Positions 9,853 to 19,300 of a DNA stretch of 64,000 nucleotides are shown here, piece by piece (position 1 is the first letter of the stretch; each line of letters opens with the position of its first letter). The stretch spans positions 4,512,001 to 4,576,000 of the forward strand of contig CBDCJH010000002.1 of the NCBI GenBank assembly GCA_965217775.1, in the 5' to 3' direction. The stretch is from Acidobacteriota bacterium. Its GTDB lineage: Bacteria > Acidobacteriota > UBA6911 > RPQK01 > JAJDTT01. Both the position numbers and the translations under genes were made by a program. The notes beneath the pieces are model-generated. The model worked only from the letters and a program-made list of their open reading frames with translations. It was not told the DNA's origin and ran no database searches.

Positions 9853-11076
9853 ATGACAAGCTACGTCCTTCTGAAAGATGCCAATGCGGGACGGCGGCGA
9901 AGCTGGTTCGAAGGTTCGCAGAGCGTGGGCGGAGTGCCGTCTTACGGCGGGATGTCGACGATGTCCGGGGACATGCCGCCCGAACCGGAAGTGAGCGTGG
10001 AAAACCTGGAGCCACAAGACCTGCGGGAAGCGACACGTGACCCAGGGATTCTGGATTTGGCGCGGACCATGCCGACACGTTTGATTGCACCGATGGCCTC
10101 GGACACAGCGGCAACGAAAGGGCCGACTTGGGGGATTCAGGCCGTAGGGGCTGACAAGAGCCCCGCCGATGGCCGGGACGTTCTGGTCTGCGTTCTGGAC
10201 ACCGGCATTGACGCCGATCATCAGGCCTTTACGGGGGTGGATCTGGTGCAGCGGGATTTCACTGGAACGGGTAATGGCGATGTGCAGGGGCACGGCACCC
10301 ATTGTGCGGGCACGATGTTCGGACGGGACGTGGACGGCACGCGAATCGGCGTGGCGCCGGGAGTGAGCCGAGCACTGATCGGCAAGGTATTGGGCAATAA
10401 GGGCAATGGCGAATCGGACAGGCTGTTCAACGCAATATTGTGGGCTTCGTCGTTGAATGCAAAGGTTCTCTCGATGTCACTCGGCTTCGATTTCCCCGGT
10501 CTGAGCAAGAAGCTGGCCGATAGGGGATACCCGGTGGATCTGGCGACCTCCATCGCGCTGGAGGGATATAGGGCCAATCTGCGGGTATTTGACAACCTGA
10601 TGGACTTGATTGCCAGTAAGGCAGCATTCAATGGCGGAATGGTCATCGTTGCGGCCTCGGGAAACGAGAGCAAGCGCCAGAAGAATCCGAAGTATGAGGT
10701 CAGCGCTTCGGTACCGGCAGCAGCCAAGGGAATCGTATCGGTGGGAGCACTCGGGGAAGCCGGCGACGGCTTGAACGTGGCGGATTTTTCCAACACCAAC
10801 CCGCTGCTGAGCGCCCCCGGGGTCAATGTGGTGTCGGCGAAAGCCGGAGGCGGACTGGTAGCGTTCCAAGGGACTTCCATGGCCTGTCCCCATGCGGCCG
10901 GTGTCGCGGCTCTGTGGTGGCAGAGAGTGAAGGAGGAAGCCAGCATACCGGCAACCGCGAGCGCGGTGGTGACCCGCATGCGCGCCACCTGCCGGACCGA
11001 TGTATTCCGTGCCGGTGTCGACATGCTGGACCGCGGCGACGGGCTGATCCAGGCGCCTGTTGCATCGGGTGCCTGA
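9853..11076 (+). CDS. S8 family (subtilisin-like) serine peptidase
   Basis: Catalytic triad motifs VLDTGID, HGTHCAG, GTSMACP and oxyanion ASGN. GAGGAG RBS. No signal peptide. Confidence 0.92.
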   Translation: MTSYVLLKDANAGRRRSWFEGSQSVGGVPSYGGMSTMSGDMPPEPEVSVENLEPQDLREATRDPGILDLARTMPTRLIAPMASDTAATKGPTWGIQAVGADKSPADGRDVLVCVLDTGIDADHQAFTGVDLVQRDFTGTGNGDVQGHGTHCAGTMFGRDVDGTRIGVAPGVSRALIGKVLGNKGNGESDRLFNAILWASSLNAKVLSMSLGFDFPGLSKKLADRGYPVDLATSIALEGYRANLRVFDNLMDLIASKAAFNGGMVIVAASGNESKRQKNPKYEVSASVPAAAKGIVSVGALGEAGDGLNVADFSNTNPLLSAPGVNVVSAKAGGGLVAFQGTSMACPHAAGVAALWWQRVKEEASIPATASAVVTRMRATCRTDVFRAGVDMLDRGDGLIQAPVASGA

Positions 11077-11164
11077 GCGTACGCCCGTCTAAACCCTGCT
11101 CCCGAGACGCGTAATAGTTCACGGAACAGAGAAGGGAACAGGCACCCTCTTCCCCGCTCCTCCC

Positions 11165-11300
11165 ATGTTTGAAGCCGTCGAAGAAGTCCGCTAGAACGTC
11201 GACGGTCTTGTCTTTTCCGAAGGCGAAATTCTTGTGCAACGAGAGATCCACAAGGGGAATACCGTCGTAGCGCAGCCGATCGGGGACGCCGTTGACCAAG
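11165..11300 (-). pseudogene. Degenerate fragment of the TonB receptor C-terminus
   Basis: NGVPDRLRYDGIPLVDLSLHKNFAFGKDKTVDVLADFFDGFKH aligns with 12269-12404 (NGAPYPLRYDGVPVVDLSLHKNFAMGEDKTFDVRADFFNAFNH). Confidence 0.88.
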
Positions 11301-11407
11301 AAACCGAGAAGGGGAGAGTCACCTTTTTCCGCGTCGCGCAGCCTCACAAGACTGGAGAGGACGCCGTTTCCCCGATCTGCGAGCTCCGCGCATGCGGTTG
11401 ATCGAAG

Positions 11408-11671
11408 TCAACAAGGGGGTCCTGGGCTGACTCCAATCCGAATCCCCAGACTCCCCTTGATATGGCCCATATCGATCTCCACGTTACGGAGCCTCTCATC
11501 AATTTTTTGAATTCTGTGGTCAATGCTATTGAGATACCATCCGCCCGCACCCAGCAAAAGAAGAAGTAAAACCCGGAAAATCCAGTTCACATTCAATCCC
11601 CCATTGGTTTCCCGGTGAGAAGAAAAATCCATCTTCTCTAAGTCCGGATCCTTCGGGAGTTTAGCTTTCAT
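11408..11671 (-). CDS. Small single-TM coiled-coil protein
   Basis: 87 aa from MKAKLPK. TM segment WIFRVLLLLLLGAGGWYL, then IQKIDERLRNVEIDMGHIKG. Confidence 0.55.
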   Translation of the reverse strand: MKAKLPKDPDLEKMDFSSHRETNGGLNVNWIFRVLLLLLLGAGGWYLNSIDHRIQKIDERLRNVEIDMGHIKGSLGIRIGVSPGPPC

Positions 11672-11681
11672 CGTTGTCCCC

Positions 11682-11879
11682 CTACTCTCCGTTCCGCAAT
11701 ATTGGAGGAGCCTTGGTGAATCCCTCGAAGAGCCCCTCCAATCGGGCCATCCGCTCGCGCAGGTCTGCGATGTCCTTACGAATATCCGAAATCTCACGCC
11801 GCATGGACCATTGACCGGGAACGAGGGCGCCAGCGGGCGCGATTGTGGCCACGATGATTCCGATGAGATCCGAACTCAT
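11682..11879 (-). CDS. Small membrane-anchored coiled-coil protein (LRERMARLEG type)
   Basis: MSSDLIGIIVATI... then EISDIRKDIADLRERMARLEGLFEG. GAAGGA RBS. Same C-terminal motif as paralogs A and B. Confidence 0.65.
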   Translation of the reverse strand: MSSDLIGIIVATIAPAGALVPGQWSMRREISDIRKDIADLRERMARLEGLFEGFTKAPPILRNGE

Positions 11880-12101
11880 GAATCCTTCCGACTACGGTTT
11901 GCCCTCGGCGGGTCAAAGTATCGAAACCCTACCACGACCGTGTCTGCCGGGAATACGGGCTGGTGCCGGTCTCCCGGCAAGCCCCGGCAGGTTCCTTCAG
12001 AGCCATGTGACCCGCTCCGAGTATGGCCACCGTCCCCTCAATTGATTCGGTCCCTCTATGACTGTAACGCTTCAGTCACGGAATCTGCGTGGACACCGGA
12101 C

Positions 12102-12135
12102 AAAAAAAAGGGCCAGCCCGAGGGCTGGCCCTTTT
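12102..12135 (-). terminator. Rho-independent terminator after TonB receptor 1
   Basis: AAAAAAAAGGGCCAGCCC-GA-GGGCTGGCCCTTTT hairpin with U-tracts. Decayed copies lie at ~8440-8472 and ~9735-9767. Confidence 0.85.
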
Positions 12136-12160
12136 GGAACGCTCGATTGCGCTTGGATCG

Positions 12161-15100
12161 CTAGAACGAGAAGCGGAATCCAATCTGAATCTGCCGCGCC
12201 GTCGCCGCCGAGGTTACCCGGCCAACGCCACCACTGGCATGGTTGCCGTTGGGTGCGTTGAAGATGGCGTGGTTGAAGGCGTTGAAGAAGTCCGCCCGGA
12301 CGTCGAAGGTCTTGTCTTCTCCCATGGCGAAATTCTTGTGCAGTGAGAGGTCCACGACGGGAACTCCGTCGTACCGCAGCGGATAGGGGGCTCCGTTACC
12401 CAGGGACCGCCTTGCCGCCTCGTGGCAGAAGTTGGCACCGCCGCAAAGCGACGTGTCCATGATCCGCTGGCCAGGCACACTCGGGTTCTCGATGCCGGGG
12501 GCCGTGAAGGCGCTCGTGTCATACCACCGCTCCACCGTGGCTCCGCCGCCCAAGGCCCCGTCCTTGATCCGGTCGGTGTACCGGCGCGAACGTCCGCCCT
12601 GGTTCCACAGATCGGTGCTGTAGTAGACGCGGAAGGGGGCTCCCGTAGTGAGAGTGGTGATGCTGGTGAGCTCCCAACCGCCCAGCAGGGACTTGGTGAC
12701 CCCGCCGGCGTTCCGGAAGAAAGGCAGCTCCCAGATGGCGGACATGTAGTAGGTGCTGGAGCGGTCGTGCTGCATGGGCGCCCGCAGGGCGTGGCGCTCG
12801 TAGTCACGCGACCCGGACCAGTCTCCCCAGTTGCCGTTGTAGTTCATGGCCATGGCCTTGGACCAGGTGTAACCCATGGAAAGGGCGATACCGTCGCTGA
12901 AGCGGCGCTCCAACTTGGTCTGCAGGGAGTTGTAGTTCATGCTCCCGTGCGGCCGCAGCATGGTGTTGGGAATGACCTGGGGATAAGGCCGCCGGGCCAA
13001 CTGCCCATTCCATTCACGCCCGACCTCGCCACGAGTCTCGGCCGGAATCCACTCGCGAGGCCCGGCCGTGATGGGGTCGCTGGTCAAGGTCGCGGTGCCG
13101 CCACCGATGAGAGGCACCACATACCCTTCCGGCATGGCGACGTTGAAGGGGCTGATCTCGCGGATGTGACGCCCCTGGTTGCCAACATAACCGATTTCCC
13201 ACTTGGTCCCCTGGAACAGCTCGTGCTGAATCATGAGGTTGTAGGAAAAGACTTGGCCTTCCTGCCAATCCAATTCGGAGAAGTAGCAGGTGCGGTAGTT
13301 GCTGTTGACCCGAATGCCATCCGCGTTGATCGCACCCGTATCCCGGGGCAGGTTGAGCCGTATGCCGCTGATGAGGGAGGGGACTGCCTCTCCTCGTACG
13401 GCCGGCAGGTTGATGACGCCGACGTTGGGCCGCATGACCCGGGCGCGGAGAATTCCGAACTCCTGGTCATAGGTCAGGCCCGCACCGGCGCGGAGCACCG
13501 TCCGGTTGGTCCCGAACATGCGCCAGGCCAGACCGAGCCGAGGCGCGAAGTAGCGCCACTTGGCCTTGTAACAACCGCGGTGAGGCAGGTTGGCGAAGGG
13601 AACGGCGATTCCGACGGCTCCCTGCCACTGGGCGATGTCGAAATCCTTCGGCATCATCTCTACCGGATCGATCCGGTTGGTGGCCTGGGTGTAGTCGTAG
13701 CTACAGTAGTAGTAGTCCCTGGTATAGGACCCGTTCGGGTGCCCCTCGTAGAAGGGCGGCCGCGGCTGCTCCCAGCGAAGACCCATGTTCAGGGTCAGGT
13801 TCGGACCCACCTTCCAGTCGTCGTTGATGAACCAGTTGTAATGGCTTTGGTTGAAGTGGCCCGTGTTCTCGCCGATGCCCAGCACGTTGCCGAAGACCGA
13901 GGAGGGCGTTCCCAGCATGAAATCGGCCCAGCCCTCGCCCTCGCTGACGCCCGCGAAGCTTCCGTCCGGGTTGTACTGGAGCTGGCCCGTCGAAAAGCCG
14001 TTGAAGCTGTCGCCACCGGCCGCATAGGGCGGAATCCAGTAGTAGTGGACATCCAGGTTCCGAACGTGCTCGATGCCGAACTTCAGGTAGTGGTCTCCCT
14101 TTCTCCAGGAGGCCGTGTACTTGAAGCCCAGGCCCCAGTCCGCAAGCGGCGATTCGGTGGCGCCGCCCCAACCGGTGTAGCCGGAGGGGCTCAGGCGGGG
14201 CATGTTGGCGCCGCCGCGGTTGCCGTTGGGCAGATAAACTTCCCAGTTCTGGCCGTCGTCGAATCCCAGAACCCGAGGCCAGTTGGTGTCCTCGATGGGC
14301 CGTGAGATGAGCCAGGTGAACTTCCAGATGGACTGGGTGTACTCGGTCACCAGGTTGGATCCGATGGGGTTCACCCAACTGATGCCGATCTGGTAGCCGC
14401 GGGACCGGTCCTGGAACTGGCGGTAGATGCCGTCCTGGTTGGCGCCGGGGACCCCCCACCTCCCGGTATGGGTAAAGGCGGGCGACCGCTGCCAACTGTA
14501 ACGTCCGAAGATGTTGTCGTCGTTGGAGAACTGGTGGTCGACGCGGAACGAGTACTTGTCGATCTTGGTGTTGGTGGCCCGGGGATAGGCGTAGTTGCTG
14601 GTGAGCTCACCCGCCTGATTGGGTGCCGGCGGGGGCATCAACTCCATCACCTTCTTGTAGACCGCACCCTGCATGCTGGCCGGGATCTGGTTGTTGGGGA
14701 AAGCAGCCCGCATTCCCGTTGCGTCCTCTTGGCTTCCGCTGAAGTCGAACGGATTGTAGAGCTGATTGATGGGCCCCTTGGCGCCCGATCCCGAAAAGTC
14801 GCCCTGAGTGATGGCCGTGGAAGGCGCGGTAGCGAAGCCGGCCGTCTGCAGGTTGTCGATGAACTTCTCGTAATGGCCGTGGAAGAAGGTCTTGTCCTTG
14901 AGGACGGGACCACCGATGGAGCCGCCGCCGATGTGGTAGTCCACCGGCAGTTTCTTCAGCCCCGACCGGTTCTGGAAGAAGTTGGCCGCATCCAGAGTCT
15001 CATCCCGGAAGTAGTACCAGGCATGGCCGTGGAACTCGTTGCTCCCGCTCTTGGAGAGCATGGTGATGACTGCCCCGCCCACGCGGCCGTACTCGGCCGA

Positions 15101-15808
15101 GTAGTTGTTGGTGATCACCTTGAACTCCTGCACCGTCTCCGGAGTCGGCTGCACCGTGGGCCGCTGCGTGATGTAGCCCATGTTGTTGGAACCGTCCAAC
15201 TGGATCTGGTTGGAGTGGGAATAGAGGCCGTTGAAGGTGGGGTAGCCGCCGCCGTAGGCGTAGAGGGCCGTGTAGCCGACCTCCTGCCGCTCCTGCGTTC
15301 CGCCCGTGGTCAGGTAGGCCAGCTTCACCATGTCGCGGCCCGCCAGAGGAAGATCCAGGATCTTCTTCTCTTCGATGACCGCCGCCACCTCGGCATTGTC
15401 GGTGTCGATGATGGTGGACTGTCCGGTGACCGTCACCTGCTCGGAGATGTCGCCGGGGGACATGGTGAGATCGATGCGGGATACCGTCTGAACCTCCAGA
15501 CGGACCCCCAGGGAGCGGGCCGTCTTGAAGCCGGGCAACTCCGCCGAAATGTCATAGAAACCGGGGATCAACTTGTCGATGACGTAGTCACCGCGGTCGT
15601 TGGTCACCGCCATGTGCGGCACGTTGGTCGCCGTGGCCGTGGCCGTGACTTCCACCCCGGGCACCACCGCTCCGGTCTGGTCCTTGACGGTACCCAGCAA
15701 CCGGGAAAAGGTGGCAGCTTGCCCGTAGGCCAGCGGCGCCGCCAGCGCATGAACGACGAGCACCAGGGCCGCCGTCGCCAACCATAGAGACTTGTTCTTG
15801 TAGCTCAT
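12161..15808 (-). CDS. TonB-dependent receptor, acidobacterial type (carboxypeptidase-regulatory N-domain), 1215 aa
   Basis: GTVKDQTGAVVPG, LPLAGRD, VQEFKVITNNYSAEYGR, KSGSNEFHG, DDWKV..LTLNMGLRWE, FAPRLGLAW and C-terminal RQIQIGFRFSF. Confidence 0.93.
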   Translation of the reverse strand: MSYKNKSLWLATAALVLVVHALAAPLAYGQAATFSRLLGTVKDQTGAVVPGVEVTATATATNVPHMAVTNDRGDYVIDKLIPGFYDISAELPGFKTARSLGVRLEVQTVSRIDLTMSPGDISEQVTVTGQSTIIDTDNAEVAAVIEEKKILDLPLAGRDMVKLAYLTTGGTQERQEVGYTALYAYGGGYPTFNGLYSHSNQIQLDGSNNMGYITQRPTVQPTPETVQEFKVITNNYSAEYGRVGGAVITMLSKSGSNEFHGHAWYYFRDETLDAANFFQNRSGLKKLPVDYHIGGGSIGGPVLKDKTFFHGHYEKFIDNLQTAGFATAPSTAITQGDFSGSGAKGPINQLYNPFDFSGSQEDATGMRAAFPNNQIPASMQGAVYKKVMELMPPPAPNQAGELTSNYAYPRATNTKIDKYSFRVDHQFSNDDNIFGRYSWQRSPAFTHTGRWGVPGANQDGIYRQFQDRSRGYQIGISWVNPIGSNLVTEYTQSIWKFTWLISRPIEDTNWPRVLGFDDGQNWEVYLPNGNRGGANMPRLSPSGYTGWGGATESPLADWGLGFKYTASWRKGDHYLKFGIEHVRNLDVHYYWIPPYAAGGDSFNGFSTGQLQYNPDGSFAGVSEGEGWADFMLGTPSSVFGNVLGIGENTGHFNQSHYNWFINDDWKVGPNLTLNMGLRWEQPRPPFYEGHPNGSYTRDYYYCSYDYTQATNRIDPVEMMPKDFDIAQWQGAVGIAVPFANLPHRGCYKAKWRYFAPRLGLAWRMFGTNRTVLRAGAGLTYDQEFGILRARVMRPNVGVINLPAVRGEAVPSLISGIRLNLPRDTGAINADGIRVNSNYRTCYFSELDWQEGQVFSYNLMIQHELFQGTKWEIGYVGNQGRHIREISPFNVAMPEGYVVPLIGGGTATLTSDPITAGPREWIPAETRGEVGREWNGQLARRPYPQVIPNTMLRPHGSMNYNSLQTKLERRFSDGIALSMGYTWSKAMAMNYNGNWGDWSGSRDYERHALRAPMQHDRSSTYYMSAIWELPFFRNAGGVTKSLLGGWELTSITTLTTGAPFRVYYSTDLWNQGGRSRRYTDRIKDGALGGGATVERWYDTSAFTAPGIENPSVPGQRIMDTSLCGGANFCHEAARRSLGNGAPYPLRYDGVPVVDLSLHKNFAMGEDKTFDVRADFFNAFNHAIFNAPNGNHASGGVGRVTSAATARQIQIGFRFSF

Positions 15809-16019
15809 TTCCGCCTTACCTCCTCGAAAAGCTACCCATAGTTACGCGTTCCCGGCCATTACGACCGTCCGCATGAAACAAAAAATTGATCTACGCCTAC
15901 ACGTCCGGGCTCTTTTAGCCGATTCGATTCGGCGCGTCAACAAAAAAATTCGCCTGCTCCAGGGAACCGACCCTTTTGGATGCAGGCTGAATCCGTTCCT
16001 CGGACTCGTGTGCTAACTA

Positions 16020-16035
16020 AGCAACTTGGGTGCCA
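16020..16035 (-). promoter_or_regulatory. Sigma54 (-24/-12) promoter for TonB receptor 1
   Basis: Minus strand TGGCAC-CCAAG-TTGCT, an exact consensus match. An IHF-like TATCAACGTTTTT lies ~20 bp upstream. Confidence 0.8.
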
Positions 16036-16332
16036 AGATCTTAAACAACATAGAAAAAACGTTGATATGAAGGGATTTATTAAGTTCGTCCAGAATATCT
16101 TCCAAGTCCGATTCTCCAACGATTTGAACCGACCCGGTAGACTCGGGCCAAAAAAGTGAATCGTGGAATTTTCGGACTGGAGAGGCTGCGATGCCGCCGT
16201 GGCGTTCGGGAATCGAATCCGAGGTCGCTTGGTTGACGTGCAGTTGAGAACGGGCGAACACAAGGGTCGTCCCTACGAAAAACTCTTCGTCCATCGGGGA
16301 ATGAGGATTGGGGGACAAGAATGTCCCCCTAC

Positions 16333-16367
16333 TAAAAAGGGGCTAGCCCGCCGGGCTGGCCCCTTTT
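16333..16367 (-). terminator. Rho-independent terminator after TonB receptor 2
   Basis: AAAAAGGGGCTAGCCCG-C-CGGGCTGGCCCCTTTT hairpin. Confidence 0.8.
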
Positions 16368-16392
16368 GGAACGCTGACTGCTGCTTGGACCG

Positions 16393-19300
16393 CTAGAACG
16401 AGAAGCGGAATCCGATCTGAATCTGCCGCGCCGTCGCCGCCGAGGTTACCCGGCCCACCGCCGAAGACGAATGGTTTCCGTTGGGTGCGTTGAAGATGGC
16501 GTGGTTGAAAGCGTTGAAGAAGTCCGCCCGGACGTCGAAGACCCTCTCTTCTCCGAGGGCGAAATTCTTGTGCAGCGAGAGATCCACGACGGGAACACCG
16601 TCGTACCGCAGCGGATAGGGGGCACCGTTGCCCAGGGCCCGCCTTGCCGATTCGTGACAGAAGCCGGCTCCGCCGCAAAGCGACGTGTCCATGATCCGCT
16701 GGCCAGACACGTTCGGGTTTTCGACGCCGGGGGCCGTGAAGGCGCTGGTGTCATACCACCGCTCCACCGTGGCTCCGCCGCCGAGATTCCCGTCCCGGAT
16801 GCGGTCCGTGTAACGGCGCGACCGGCGACCCTGGTTCCACAGGTCGGTGCTGTAGTAGACCCGGAAGGGGGCACCGGTGGTGAGGGTGGTGATGCCGGTG
16901 AGCTCCCAACCGCCCAGCAGGGACTTGGACAGTCCGCCTGCGTTCTGGAAGAAGGGCAGCACCCAGATGGCGGACATGTAGTAAGTGCTGGAGCGATCGT
17001 GCTGCATGGGCGCACGCAGGGCGTGGCGCTCATAGTCGCGCGATCCGGACCAGTCGCCCCAGTTGCCGTTGTAGTTCATGGCCATGGCCTTGGACCAGGT
17101 GTAGCCCATGGCAAGGGCCAGACCGTCGCTGAAGCGCCGCTCCAGTTTGGTCTGCAGGGAGTTGTAGTTCATGCTCCCGTGCGGCCGCAGCATGGTGTTG
17201 GGAATGACCTGAGGATAGGGCCGACGGGCCAACTGGTCCGTCCAGGCACGGCTGGTTTCCGTGCGATTCTCGGCCGGAATCCACTCGCGAGGCCCGGCCG
17301 TGATGGTGTCGCCGGTCAGCGTGGCAGTGCCTCCTGCGACGAGAGGAACCACGTACCCTTTCGGCATGGCCACGTTGAAGGGGCTGATCTCGCGGATGTG
17401 GCGTCCCTGGTTGCCGACGTAGCCGATCTCCCACTTGGTCCCCTGGAACAGCTCGTGCTGAATCATGAGGTTGTAGGAGTAGACCTGTCCTTCCTGCCAA
17501 TCCAACTCGGAAAAGTAGCAGACGTAATAGTTGCTGTCGACCAGCACTCCATCCGCATTGACGTTACCCCTCTGACGGGGAAGGTCGATCCGTTTTCCGG
17601 TGATGAGTTCCGGGTACTCGTATCCCCGCGTTGCGGACAAACTGATGACGCCGGCACTCGGCCTCATGGTCCGAGCTCTGAGGATGCCGAACTCCTGATC
17701 GTAGGTCAGGCCGGTGCCGGCGCGGAGCACGGTCCGGTTGGTCCCGAACATGCGCCAAGCCAGACCGAACCGGGGAGCGAAGTAGCGCCACTTGGCCTTG
17801 TAGCAACCGCGGTGAGGAAGGTTCTCAAAGGGAACCGCGATCCCGTCGGGCCCCTGCCACTGGGCGATGTCGAAACCCTTGGGCATCATTTCCACCGGAT
17901 CGATCCGGTTCGTGACCCGGCTGTAATCGTACGCGCAGTAGTAATAGTCGGTGGTATACGACCCGCTGGGATGCCCCTCATAGTAGGGTGGCCGCGGCTG
18001 CTCCCAGCGAAGGCCGATGTTCAGGGTCAGGTCCGGACCCACCTTCCAGTCGTCGTTGATGAACCAATTGTAATGGCTTTGGTTGAAGTGGCCCGTGTTC
18101 TCGCCGATTCCGAGCACGTTGCCGCTAACCGCGGAGGGCGTTCCCAGCAGGAAGTCGGCCCAGCCCTCGCCATAGGTGACGCCGGCGTATTTTCCTTCGG
18201 GGGTGTACTCGAGCTGGCCCGTGGCAAAGCCGTTGAAGGTGTCGGATCCGTTTCCGTACTCCGGAATGTAGTAGTAGTGGACGTCCAGGTTCCGGACGTG
18301 CTCGAAACCGAACTTCAGGTAGTGGTCTCCCTTCCTCCAAGAGGCCGTGTACTTGAAGCCCAGGCCCCAATCCGCCAGCGGCGATTCCCTGCCGCCGCGA
18401 TAACGGGTGTAGCCGTCGGGCTGCAGGCGGGGCATGTTGGCGCCGCCCCGGTTGCCGTTGGGCAGATAGACCTCCCAGTTGTGGCCGTCGTCGAATCCCA
18501 GCACCCGCGGCCAGTTGGTGTCCTCGATGGGCCGTCCGATCAGCCACGTGAACTTCCAGATGGACTGGGTGTACTCGGTCACCAGGTTGGAGCCGATGGG
18601 GTTCACCCAGCTTATTCCGATCTGGTAGCCGCGGGACCGGTCATAGAAATAACGGTAGATGCCGTCCTGATTGGCGCCGGGGATTCCCAGATCCCCGGAA
18701 TGCGCGAACGTGGGCGAGCGTTGCCAACTGTAACGTCCGAAGATGTTGTCGTCGTTGGCGAACTGGTGGTCGACGCGGAACGAGTACTTGTCGATCCGGG
18801 TGTTGGTCGCCCGGGGATAGGCGTAGTTGTTGGCGGTCACGCCCGACTGGTTGGGGGCCGGAGGGGGCATCAACTCCATCACCTTCCTGTAGACCGCGCC
18901 CTGCATGCTGGCCGGGATCTGGTTGTTGGGGAAAGGAGCCCGCTTGCCGGTTCCTTCGGCGCGGCTTCCGGTGAAATCGAACGGATTGTAGAGCTGATTG
19001 ATGGGCCCCTTGGCGCCCGCGCCCGAAAAGTCGCCCTGGGTGATGGCCGTGGAAGGCACCGTGGCGAAGCCGGCTTGGTTCAGGTCGTCGACGAACTTCT
19101 CGTAATGGCCGTGGAAGAAGGTCTTGTCCTTGATGATGGGACCGCCGATGGAGCCGCCGCCGATGTGGTAATCAACCGGCAGCTTCTCCCGCAGGGACCG
19201 GTTCGCGAAGAAGTTGTTCGCATCCAGAGTCTCGTCCCGGAAGTAGTACCAGGCATGGCCGTGGAACTCGTTGCTCCCGCTCTTGGAGAGCATGGTGATG

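Noticed and set aside
7850-12160. Classical integron cassette array
   Set aside because: No tyrosine recombinase, and no RYYYAAC...GTTRRRY attC hairpins were found. The long repeats derive from neighbouring gene ends.
11165-12404. DGR template/variable repeat pair for the TonB C-terminus
   Set aside because: No reverse transcriptase in the window, and the mismatches are not adenine-specific.
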